Translations under genes and position numbers: made by a program | Notes under the pieces: generated by a model | The model's database searches: none | The model's input: only the letters and a program-made list of their open reading frames with translations | Told to the model about the DNA's origin: nothing | Part shown: piece after piece, positions 1 to 6,935 of the stretch | Position numbering within the stretch: position 1 is the stretch's first letter | How the letters are laid out: every line of letters begins with the position of its first letter | From: Alphaproteobacteria bacterium | GTDB lineage: Bacteria; Pseudomonadota; Alphaproteobacteria; GCA-2731375 | Direction of reading: 5' to 3' | Assembly (NCBI GenBank): GCA_965232515.1 | Contig: CBDDPY010000002.1 | Coordinates: forward strand, 1,888,001 to 1,952,000 | Length of the DNA: 64,000 nucleotides

Positions 1-231
1 ACCATCGAGCAGCTGCGGTCCGCGACCCGGCGGTTTCAGGATGTGCTGGAAGAACACCGCCGCCGTGTGCAATCGGCGAAAACGGTGACGGAGCGGATGA
101 TACGGGCGATTACCGAGGACGTCGCCAGCCGCGACCGCATGGTCAAGGGCTACGACGGCAATGCCATGATGCGGCCGGTCATCGGCCGCGGCGAAAAAGC
201 CGTATCGCTGGCGCTGAACCGCGTGGTTTAG
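1..231 (+). CDS. C-terminal part of a probable FlgN-type flagellar export chaperone (5' truncated by window edge)
   Basis: Frame open from base 1 to TAG at 229-231. Helical sequence ending 'KGYDGNA...AVSLALNRVV' resembles alphaproteobacterial FlgN-like proteins, and the context is flagellar. Confidence 0.55.
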   Translation, partial: TIEQLRSATRRFQDVLEEHRRRVQSAKTVTERMIRAITEDVASRDRMVKGYDGNAMMRPVIGRGEKAVSLALNRVV

Positions 232-256
232 CGCGGAACGTCGGCGGACTTGCGCG

Positions 257-613
257 CTAGAGCAATTCGTCGACCGAGAGGCCGGCGATTTCACGCAAGC
301 GGCCCAGGCTGGCGCGCAGCTCCTCGGGCGGATATTCGCGGACGACCTCGCCGGTCGATGGATCCAGGCCGCGATAGACGAAGCGGTTCGTCTGTTCGTC
401 GAAATCAATCGACAAGCGAAGGTTGTCCCCGCCCTTGGCCTGCTCGAAAAGCCGCTGCAATTGATCGATCTTGGCGACCCGATCGTCGCGCGGTTTTTCC
501 TCCGGATTGGCGCCTTGAACCGACGCCGACGGCTGCTTTTCTTCTTCCGGCTTCTCAAGAAGCCGGGTCTGTACCGTCGGCGAAGGCGGTTGCGTGGTCG
601 ATACGTTCTGCAT
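257..613 (-). CDS. flaG: FlaG family flagellar protein
   Basis: C-terminal 'LRLSIDFDEQTNRFVYRGLDPSTGEVVREYPPEEL...GLSVDELL' matches the FlaG pattern. Lies downstream of a flagellin. Confidence 0.8.
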   Translation of the reverse strand: MQNVSTTQPPSPTVQTRLLEKPEEEKQPSASVQGANPEEKPRDDRVAKIDQLQRLFEQAKGGDNLRLSIDFDEQTNRFVYRGLDPSTGEVVREYPPEELRASLGRLREIAGLSVDELL

Positions 614-642
614 ATCGGTTCACCTCGTGCATGGGCTTGTCG

Positions 643-1065
643 CTAGACGACTCGCACCTCCTCCCCTGTTTTTTCCGTCGAACTCATTAAATCCGCCGCG
701 CCCTCCGGCGCATCGGCGGCGACCGAGGCCGCCAGTCCGGACATGATGTTCCGGTTCACCTCGATCAGCGGCTCCAACTCGCCCTTTTGGTTCAGGGCTT
801 GCCGCGAATGCCTGTCTACCCAAATGGCCAGCGAGATGATCCCGGCCCGGATCTTCTCCGGCAGGCGGTTGTCGTCGGACGCGCAATCCGCCTGCAGGGT
901 CAACCAGAGCCGCCGGTTCCAGTGGATGGCTCTGACTAGCTGGCCACGGTCGCCGGCCTCCTGCGCATCCAGCATGGCGCGGGTGACCTGCGCGAAGAGC
1001 CTGTATTCCGTTTGTCTCGCGTCTTCCGTTGCGACCTGCGTCGCCTGGTATTGCTCGAATGACAT
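643..1065 (-). CDS. flaF: Flagellar biosynthesis regulator FlaF (copy 1, with C-terminal extension)
   Basis: Motifs 'RQTEYRLF', 'WNRRLW', 'DNRLPEKIRAGIISLAIWV' and 'LIEVNRNIMSGL'. Confidence 0.92.
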   Translation of the reverse strand: MSFEQYQATQVATEDARQTEYRLFAQVTRAMLDAQEAGDRGQLVRAIHWNRRLWLTLQADCASDDNRLPEKIRAGIISLAIWVDRHSRQALNQKGELEPLIEVNRNIMSGLAASVAADAPEGAADLMSSTEKTGEEVRVV

Positions 1066-1120
1066 CGATGCTCCGTCCGATAGTGTTCAAAGGCCGTCGC
1101 ACACCGCCATGGCGGCCGGA

Positions 1121-1148
1121 GCGTGGAGCCGGAACGCCGGCTCCACGC
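1121..1148 (-). other. 12-bp GC-rich hairpin downstream of flagellin 1 (mRNA stabiliser or weak terminator)
   Basis: gcgtggagccgg-aacg-ccggctccacgc is a perfect inverted repeat, with no U-tract on the minus strand. Confidence 0.5.
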
Positions 1149-1159
1149 CCCTGTTTCGC

Positions 1160-1975
1160 CTAACCGAACAGCGCGAGGATGGTCTGCGGTCCGGAGTTTG
1201 CGATGGCGAGCGACTGCACGCCGAGCTGCTGCTGGATCTGCAGCGACTGCAGCTTGGCGCTTTCGGCCGCCAGGTCGGCGTCGACCAGGTTGCCGACACC
1301 GGCCTTGAAGATGTCCTGCAGCTTGGTCGTGAACTCGGACTGCACTTCGATGCGCTTGGCCACCGAGCCGAGCGCCGCCAGCTTGTCCGACACCTTGGTG
1401 ATGGCGGTGTCGATGGCGGTGAGCGCGGTGGCGGCGTTGGCGCTGGAGGTCAGGTCCGAGGACGCGATGCCGAGCGTGCTGGAGTCCATCTTCTGGGCGC
1501 TGACGGCGATGGTCGAGCCGTCGACCGTGCTGAGCACCGAGGTCGCCGAGGCGCTGGTGTTGATCAGATTGGTGCCGTTGAAGTCGGCGGTGGCGACGAC
1601 GGTGGCGATCTGATCGCGCAGCGCGACGAAGTCGTTGTGCAGGGACGAGCGCGAGGCGCTGTCCAGGCCGGCCTGGTTGGCCTGCACGACCTTGGCCTTC
1701 ATTTCGGTCAGCAGGTCGCTGATCGACTGGCCGGCGGTGATGGCGACGTCGAGGGTGGCCTCGCCGTTGGCGAGCGCGGTCTTGACGGCGGTCATACCGG
1801 CGATGTCACCGCGCAGGTTCTGGGCGATGGCGTATGTCGCGGCGTCGTCTTTCGGGCCGCTGACCTTGAGGCCGGTGGTGATGGCGAGCTGGGTCTTCTC
1901 CAGCATCCGGTTGGTGCTGTTCAGGTTCTGCAGGGCGGCCATCGCGCCCCGGTTGGTGTTAATGGACAAAGTCAT
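1160..1975 (-). CDS. fliC: Flagellin (271 aa, short Caulobacter-type)
   Basis: N-terminal 'SINTNRGAMAALQNL...ITTGLKV...DDAA' and C-terminal 'GNLVDADLAAESAKLQSLQIQQQLGVQSLAIANSGPQTILALF'. Confidence 0.97.
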   Translation of the reverse strand: MTLSINTNRGAMAALQNLNSTNRMLEKTQLAITTGLKVSGPKDDAATYAIAQNLRGDIAGMTAVKTALANGEATLDVAITAGQSISDLLTEMKAKVVQANQAGLDSASRSSLHNDFVALRDQIATVVATADFNGTNLINTSASATSVLSTVDGSTIAVSAQKMDSSTLGIASSDLTSSANAATALTAIDTAITKVSDKLAALGSVAKRIEVQSEFTTKLQDIFKAGVGNLVDADLAAESAKLQSLQIQQQLGVQSLAIANSGPQTILALFG

Positions 1976-2052
1976 GGAACGAGCTCCTCATTCTGAAGCC
2001 ACAATCTCGCGTTTTGCGCGAGTCGACGCACATTGCGCCATGGCTTAGAGGA

Positions 2053-2067
2053 GCAACGACCGTACCA
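2053..2067 (-). promoter_or_regulatory. Sigma-54 promoter of flagellin 1
   Basis: Minus strand TGGTAC-GGTCG-TTGC, a -24/-12 consensus with one mismatch, about 80 nt upstream of the ATG. Confidence 0.8.
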
Positions 2068-2164
2068 GAACTATGGCAAAGTTAGCCGATTGTTAAGACC
2101 GACTAACGCGCGGCAATACCTCTATATTCTTTATGAAGAATTCTTAGGCATTACACGGTGTAAA

Positions 2165-2217
2165 CGGCAATTATTGCCGGGTAGGCAAATAATACCCATT
2201 TTCAGGCAAGATTTGCC
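2165..2217. promoter_or_regulatory. ftr-like enhancer dyads (putative FlbD-type activator sites) for flagellin 1
   Basis: CGGCAATTATTGCCG (2165-2179) and GGCAAGATTTGCC (2205-2217), 100-150 nt upstream of the sigma-54 promoter and separated from it by an AT-rich tract. Confidence 0.6.
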
Positions 2218-2281
2218 GGCCACCGGCGCGAGGATCGCGAGCGGCGGGATTCTGGCCGGCGAGATAACGACGCGCCGGCGG

Positions 2282-2334
2282 AAAAAAACGGCCGGGGAAG
2301 AGGCCGCCGAAGCGGCCTCCGACCCCCAGACCGG
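2282..2334 (-). terminator. Rho-independent terminator of flagellin 2
   Basis: Minus strand GAGGCCGC-TTCG-GCGGCCTC hairpin with an imperfect extended stem, followed by TTTTTTT. Confidence 0.7.
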
Positions 2335-3150
2335 TTAGTTGAACAGGCCCAGAATCGTCTGCGGGCTCGAGTTAGCGATCGCAAGCGACTGGACACCAAG
2401 CTGCTGTTGGATCTGAAGCGACTGAAGCTTTGAGCTTTCGACCGCGAGATCGGCATCCACGAGGTTGCCGACACCCGCCTTCAGGATGTCCTGCAGCTTG
2501 ACGGTGAAATCGGACTGTATCTCAACTCGCTTGGCCACCGAGCCCAGCGCCGCCAGCTTGTCCGACACCTTGGTGATGGCGGTGTCGATGGCTGTGAGTG
2601 CGGTCGCCGCGTTGGCGCTCGAGGTCAAGTCGGACGAGGCGATACCCAGCGTGCTGGAGTCCATCTTCTGGGCGCTCACGGCAATGGAGCTCCCGTCGAC
2701 AGTGCTCAAGACACTGGTGCTCGTCGCGCTAGTGCCGATCAGGTTGGTGCCGTTGAATTCGGCCGTCGCCGCAATTGTCGCAATCTGGCTGCGCAATGCG
2801 TCGAAGTCGTTGTGCAGGGCGGTCCGCGAGGCGGAATCGAGCCCCGCCTGGTTGGCCTGCACGACCTTGGCCTTCATCTCCGTCAACAGGTCGCTGATCG
2901 ACTGGCCCGCGGTGATCGCCACATCAAGTGTGGCTTCGCCGTTCGCCAGTGCCGTCCTCACCGCCGTCATACCGGCGATGTCGCCACGCATGTTCTGCGC
3001 GATGGCATAGGTCGACGCGTCATCCTTCGGTCCGTTTACCTTCAGACCGGTAGTGATATTGAGCTGAGTCCTCTCCAGCATCTTGTTGGTGCTGTTGAGG
3101 TTTTGCAGGGCCGCCATGGCGCCCCTGTTGGTATTGATTGACAGTCCCAT
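2335..3150 (-). CDS. fliC: Flagellin (271 aa)
   Basis: Flagellin N- and C-terminal motifs; a close paralog of 1160-1975. Confidence 0.97.
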   Translation of the reverse strand: MGLSINTNRGAMAALQNLNSTNKMLERTQLNITTGLKVNGPKDDASTYAIAQNMRGDIAGMTAVRTALANGEATLDVAITAGQSISDLLTEMKAKVVQANQAGLDSASRTALHNDFDALRSQIATIAATAEFNGTNLIGTSATSTSVLSTVDGSSIAVSAQKMDSSTLGIASSDLTSSANAATALTAIDTAITKVSDKLAALGSVAKRVEIQSDFTVKLQDILKAGVGNLVDADLAVESSKLQSLQIQQQLGVQSLAIANSSPQTILGLFN

Positions 3151-3223
3151 TTTCTACTCTCTCCTCTTTCTGAGATCTGAAGTGTTTGACAACGGCCGCG
3201 TTTTGCGTCCTGCCATGCAAACC

Positions 3224-3238
3224 GCAACAACCGTGCCA
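3224..3238 (-). promoter_or_regulatory. Sigma-54 promoter of flagellin 2
   Basis: Minus strand TGGCAC-GGTTG-TTGC, a perfect -24/-12 consensus. Confidence 0.88.
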
Positions 3239-3260
3239 AGCGGCCTCAGGAAAGAGCCTC

Positions 3261-3273
3261 TAATCGTTTGATT
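3261..3273 (-). promoter_or_regulatory. IHF binding site
   Basis: Minus strand AATCAA-ACGA-TTA matches WATCAA-N4-TTR. It lies between the sigma-54 promoter and an ftr-like dyad GGCAAGAACTGCC (3327-3339). Confidence 0.65.
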
Positions 3274-3400
3274 TTATTGGATAAATTTTACCAGATCCCG
3301 ATCGACGGCGAGACCGGACGATGGCTGGCAAGAACTGCCGGGCAGACAGGTCGTTCTTGCCGAACTGCGCAACCCCAAGGGCCGGAATGCCGGGTGTCGG

Positions 3401-4885
3401 TCAGGCCGCCAGCAGGGCCTGATCGGCCAGATCTTTCAGCGCCGCTGTCAACGCGGCGGCGGGATCGGCTTGATCGGCCATGACGGCCAGCAGTTCGCCG
3501 CGCTCGCGCTGACCGTCGAGCAACGGCAACAGCCGCAACGCCGGTCCGTCTTCCAGCGTGGCGACGTCATGGCGCAGGTTGGTAACGACGAAACCCAGCT
3601 GTTCCTGCAGAGCGGCGAGCCGGCTGGCCAGCGGCCGCCGCGACGCGCCGTCGCCCAGTTTCGGCGGGCAAAGCGAGAGCTCGATCAGGTTTCGCGTGCA
3701 GGCCCGCAGCAACGTGTTCTGCAGTTGGATCCGATCGGCCTCGCCCGGACTGGCGCCCAGCCGCGCGGCGGATGTGTTCAGCAAGGTTTGGAACGACGAC
3801 GCCCGGGGCCAGATCTCGGCCAGGTAATCGAATGCGGCCGCGACCATCGGCGTTTCGGCGTCGATCGCGTGGCCGTTGTCGCCGCGGAACCGGACGCCGT
3901 CGGCCGCCCCGTCCGGAGGCGTCGCCCGCAGCCGGCCGGCGATGTGAAATCCCGCAATACGGTCGGCCGTCAGGCGCCGGTCGATGGCAAGATCCTGATG
4001 GCAGAGCAGCGTCTGCCGAAAGGTCCGGTTGCTGACGAAATCGAGATATTGCTCCGCCCAGATCACGTCGCCGCTGGCGGCGGCCAACTGCGCCGTCTCC
4101 GGCGGATAGTTGTCGAGGATCGTCGCGCCCAAATTGGCCTCGCTCAAGTACTGCAGGCCATGCTCGGCCGCACGGGCGGCGAAATCGCTGAAATAGAGCG
4201 GCGCGTTGTGCGTCTCGAACATCTCGTGCGCGGCATAGAAATCAGGCAGTTCCTCGAGCAATTTCACTTCCTGATTCAGGAGCTGCCCATAGCTTTGGCG
4301 TGGATCCAGGTTCTCGTTCGCAAGCGTTCGCAGAAATGCGATGCCCTGGCGGACCCGCTCGCGCCGGTCGGCGATGTGTCGCACGTGAAACAACATCGCT
4401 TCCCGTGCCACCTGACGTTGCCGCCAGCCGGGAAAGGTGTTGTAGCTGATATAGGCGATGCCGTTGCCGTTCAGGTGGCGACGGCAGATGTCGAGAATTC
4501 GGTCCTGCACGGACGCCGGCACCCACGAGAACACGCCGTGTACGACGACATAGTCGAAGGTGCCGATCTCGTCGCCCAGATCCATCACGTCACGAGCCTG
4601 GAAGGCGATGTTGCCCAGCCCGAGCTCACCGGCCATGGTCTGGCCGGCGTTGATCTGGACGGCCGACAAGTCGATGCCGACGAACTGGCTGTCGGGCAGC
4701 CCCAGCGCCATGGGAATAAGATTGCCGCCGGTGCCGCAGCCAATCTCCAGCAGCCGGCAGTCGTCGGGCCTGGCCGGACTTTGGCCGAACAGGCTGGCAA
4801 GCGAAGCGATATGGTCGGGATGGGTGTGCCGCCAGGGCAGCGAAATCATCGGCAGGTCGTCATAGGCCGCGCCGATATCCTCCAT
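3401..4885 (-). CDS. Class I SAM methyltransferase with methyltransferase-regulatory domain; similar to Rickettsia PKMT protein-lysine methyltransferases
   Basis: Motifs 'YDDLP...THPDHI', 'LLEIGCGTGGNLIP', 'FVGIDLS', 'FDYVVVHGVFSWVP', 'GIAYISYNTFPGW' and 'EQYLDFVSNRTFRQTLLC'. The start is ambiguous (4885, 4909 or 4921). Confidence 0.85.
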   Translation of the reverse strand: MEDIGAAYDDLPMISLPWRHTHPDHIASLASLFGQSPARPDDCRLLEIGCGTGGNLIPMALGLPDSQFVGIDLSAVQINAGQTMAGELGLGNIAFQARDVMDLGDEIGTFDYVVVHGVFSWVPASVQDRILDICRRHLNGNGIAYISYNTFPGWRQRQVAREAMLFHVRHIADRRERVRQGIAFLRTLANENLDPRQSYGQLLNQEVKLLEELPDFYAAHEMFETHNAPLYFSDFAARAAEHGLQYLSEANLGATILDNYPPETAQLAAASGDVIWAEQYLDFVSNRTFRQTLLCHQDLAIDRRLTADRIAGFHIAGRLRATPPDGAADGVRFRGDNGHAIDAETPMVAAAFDYLAEIWPRASSFQTLLNTSAARLGASPGEADRIQLQNTLLRACTRNLIELSLCPPKLGDGASRRPLASRLAALQEQLGFVVTNLRHDVATLEDGPALRLLPLLDGQRERGELLAVMADQADPAAALTAALKDLADQALLAA

Positions 4886-4913
4886 CTCGCCGTCCGTCCG
4901 GGGCTGCATGTGC

Positions 4914-4928
4914 TTAATCAATATTTAA
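4914..4928. promoter_or_regulatory. CtrA box upstream of the methyltransferase
   Basis: TTAA-TCAATAT-TTAA is a perfect TTAA-N7-TTAA in a very GC-rich background. Confidence 0.7.
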
Positions 4929-5051
4929 ACGAATGGGTACGCGCCCGCCCGAAACTGGCATTTGGGGCCGCGCCGCCTCCGTGGAACCGGCGCGGCCCCG
5001 TCACATCGGGAGATGTGAACCGCCATGGGAGAGCGATGGTAGGCGCCGGAC

Positions 5052-5390
5052 CTAGGCCGCGAGACCTTCCATGATCGAACGATTGACGTCGATCAGAGGG
5101 GCGATTTCCGCTTTGCCCTGAAGCACCATGCGCGAATGCTTGTCGACCCAAATGGCCAGCGAGATGATGCCGGCGCGCACTTCGTCGGGAAGCTGATTGT
5201 CATCGTTGGCGCAATCGGCCTGCAGCGTCAGCCACAGCCGACGGTTCCAGTGCACGGCTTTCTGCAGCGACAGGCTCTCGCCGTCTTGGGCATCCATCAG
5301 GGACTTCGTCACCTGCGCGAACAACCGGTATTCGGTCTTGCGCGGATCTTCAGTCGTGTTCAGAGCTGTCTGATAGCTATGGAGCGACAT
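5052..5390 (-). CDS. flaF: Flagellar biosynthesis regulator FlaF (copy 2)
   Basis: Motifs 'EDPRKTEYRLF', 'WNRRLW', 'NQLPDEVRAGIISLAIWV' and 'LIDVNRSIMEGL'. Overlaps flbT. Confidence 0.93.
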   Translation of the reverse strand: MSLHSYQTALNTTEDPRKTEYRLFAQVTKSLMDAQDGESLSLQKAVHWNRRLWLTLQADCANDDNQLPDEVRAGIISLAIWVDKHSRMVLQGKAEIAPLIDVNRSIMEGLAA

Positions 5391-5775
5391 AATTCAACCT
5401 CACGTCCTCGAATTGAAATAGCTTCCGGCAACCAAGGAGAGCCTTGTAGTAATCCTTGCCGTGCACTAATTCGATGATATTCACGCATTGCGCTAACGCT
5501 TCGGCGTTGCTGATGGCGTTCATGAACTCGCCCATGCGCTGCACGAACTCGTCGTACAGCTGCTTGTCGGCCTTTTCGTCCATGTACATCATCATCACGG
5601 CGAAATAGATCCGACGCATCGGCGTGTTCGCCTGGTCGGGCAGCATGATGTCCTTCTCGCGAAGCAGCGCGGCCTTGTTCTGGATGACCAGCGTGGTCCG
5701 CCGGTCGCCGTTCTGCACGACAGCGCCGTTGATCAGGAACTTCTCGCCGGGTTTCAGCGTCAGCTTCAATGCCAT
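5377..5775 (-). CDS. flbT: Flagellin translational regulator FlbT
   Basis: 'MALKLTLKPGEKFLINGAVVQNGDR', 'LLREKDIM...ANTPMRRIYF' and 'YYKAL'. Confidence 0.95.
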   Translation of the reverse strand: MALKLTLKPGEKFLINGAVVQNGDRRTTLVIQNKAALLREKDIMLPDQANTPMRRIYFAVMMMYMDEKADKQLYDEFVQRMGEFMNAISNAEALAQCVNIIELVHGKDYYKALLGCRKLFQFEDVRLNYVAP

Positions 5776-5822
5776 TGGTTTCTATGCGGCCGCCGCGGCG
5801 GCCCCATCTCCTATCCTGGACC

Positions 5823-6635
5823 CTACTGGAACAACGCCAGGATATTCTGAGGCGCGGCGTTGGCAATCGACAACGCCTGGATGCCCAGCTGCTGCTTGGC
5901 CTGCAACGCCGTCAGATTGGCGCTTTCCTTGGCCATGTCGGCATCCACCAGGTTGCCGACGCCGGCTTTCAGGATATCCATCAGCTTGACCGTGAAGTCG
6001 CCCTGAATCTCCAGGCGCTTGCCGGCCGAGCCGAGGGCCGCCAGGCGTTCGTTCACCTTCACCAGAGCCGAGTCGATGGTGGTCAGGGCGGTCGCCGCCG
6101 TCGCGCTGGAGGTCAGCGACAACGTCGCGATACCCAACGTGCTGATGTCCATCTTCTGGGCGCTGACGGCGATGTTGCTGCCGTCAACGGTGCTCAGCAC
6201 CGACATGTTGACCGCGCTTTCGCCAATCAGGTTGGTGCCGTTGAACTCGGCCGTGGCCGCGATCGTGGCGATCTGATCGCGCAACGCGACAAAGTCGTTG
6301 TGCAACGCGGTCCGCGACACCGAGTCGAGACCGGCCTGGTTGGCCTGCACGACCTTGGCCTTCATCTCGATCAGCAGGTCGGAAATCGCCTTACCAGCGT
6401 CGATCGCGACGTTGACCGTCGATTCGCCGGCGGCGATCGCGGTCTTCACCGCCTTCATGCCGGCAATGTCACCACGCATGTTCTGCGCGATGGCGTAGGT
6501 CGAGGCATCGTCCTTCGGACCGTTGACCATCAGGCCCGTGGTGATGTTCAGCTGCGTACGTTCCAACGACTTGTTGGTCGTATTCAACTGTTGGAGCGCG
6601 ATCATCGCTCCGAGGTTGGTGTTAATAGACAGCAT
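5823..6635 (-). CDS. fliC: Flagellin (270 aa, more divergent paralog)
   Basis: Flagellin terminal motifs 'SINTNLGAMIALQQL' and 'GNLVDADMAKESANLTALQAKQQLGIQALSIAN'. Confidence 0.97.
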   Translation of the reverse strand: MLSINTNLGAMIALQQLNTTNKSLERTQLNITTGLMVNGPKDDASTYAIAQNMRGDIAGMKAVKTAIAAGESTVNVAIDAGKAISDLLIEMKAKVVQANQAGLDSVSRTALHNDFVALRDQIATIAATAEFNGTNLIGESAVNMSVLSTVDGSNIAVSAQKMDISTLGIATLSLTSSATAATALTTIDSALVKVNERLAALGSAGKRLEIQGDFTVKLMDILKAGVGNLVDADMAKESANLTALQAKQQLGIQALSIANAAPQNILALFQ

Positions 6636-6709
6636 TTTTCACTCTCCATCTCCCGAAATGGGTGTGACCGCCAGGTAGGTCGTTGGCTTTGTCACCGACA
6701 AGCACAATC

Positions 6710-6724
6710 GCAACCCATATGCCA
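6710..6724 (-). promoter_or_regulatory. Sigma-54 promoter of flagellin 3-flbT-flaF
   Basis: Minus strand TGGCAT-ATGGG-TTGC, with an AT-rich tract and TTGCC half-sites upstream. Confidence 0.82.
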
Positions 6725-6896
6725 GTTTCGGCGGGGATCTGAAAAATCGCCATAAGCCTCTGTTTTATCTATATTATTCCCCCTCAACGGCGGTGGCTTC
6801 GAGGTCCGCGGCGAACGCTGTCGGGCATGGTTAACGGGAAATTCTTGCCACCTCGCTGCAATCTTTGCCGGTCCGCGGGACCGTGTTGCCGACGGG

Positions 6897-6912
6897 TTAA
6901 ACAGGTCTTAAC
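6897..6912 (+). promoter_or_regulatory. CtrA box upstream of the TPR glycosyltransferase
   Basis: TTAA-ACAGGTC-TTAAC is a perfect consensus ending about 24 nt before the ATG at 6936. Confidence 0.75.
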
Positions 6913-6935
6913 TCGCTTCGGCGATAAGCGACCGC

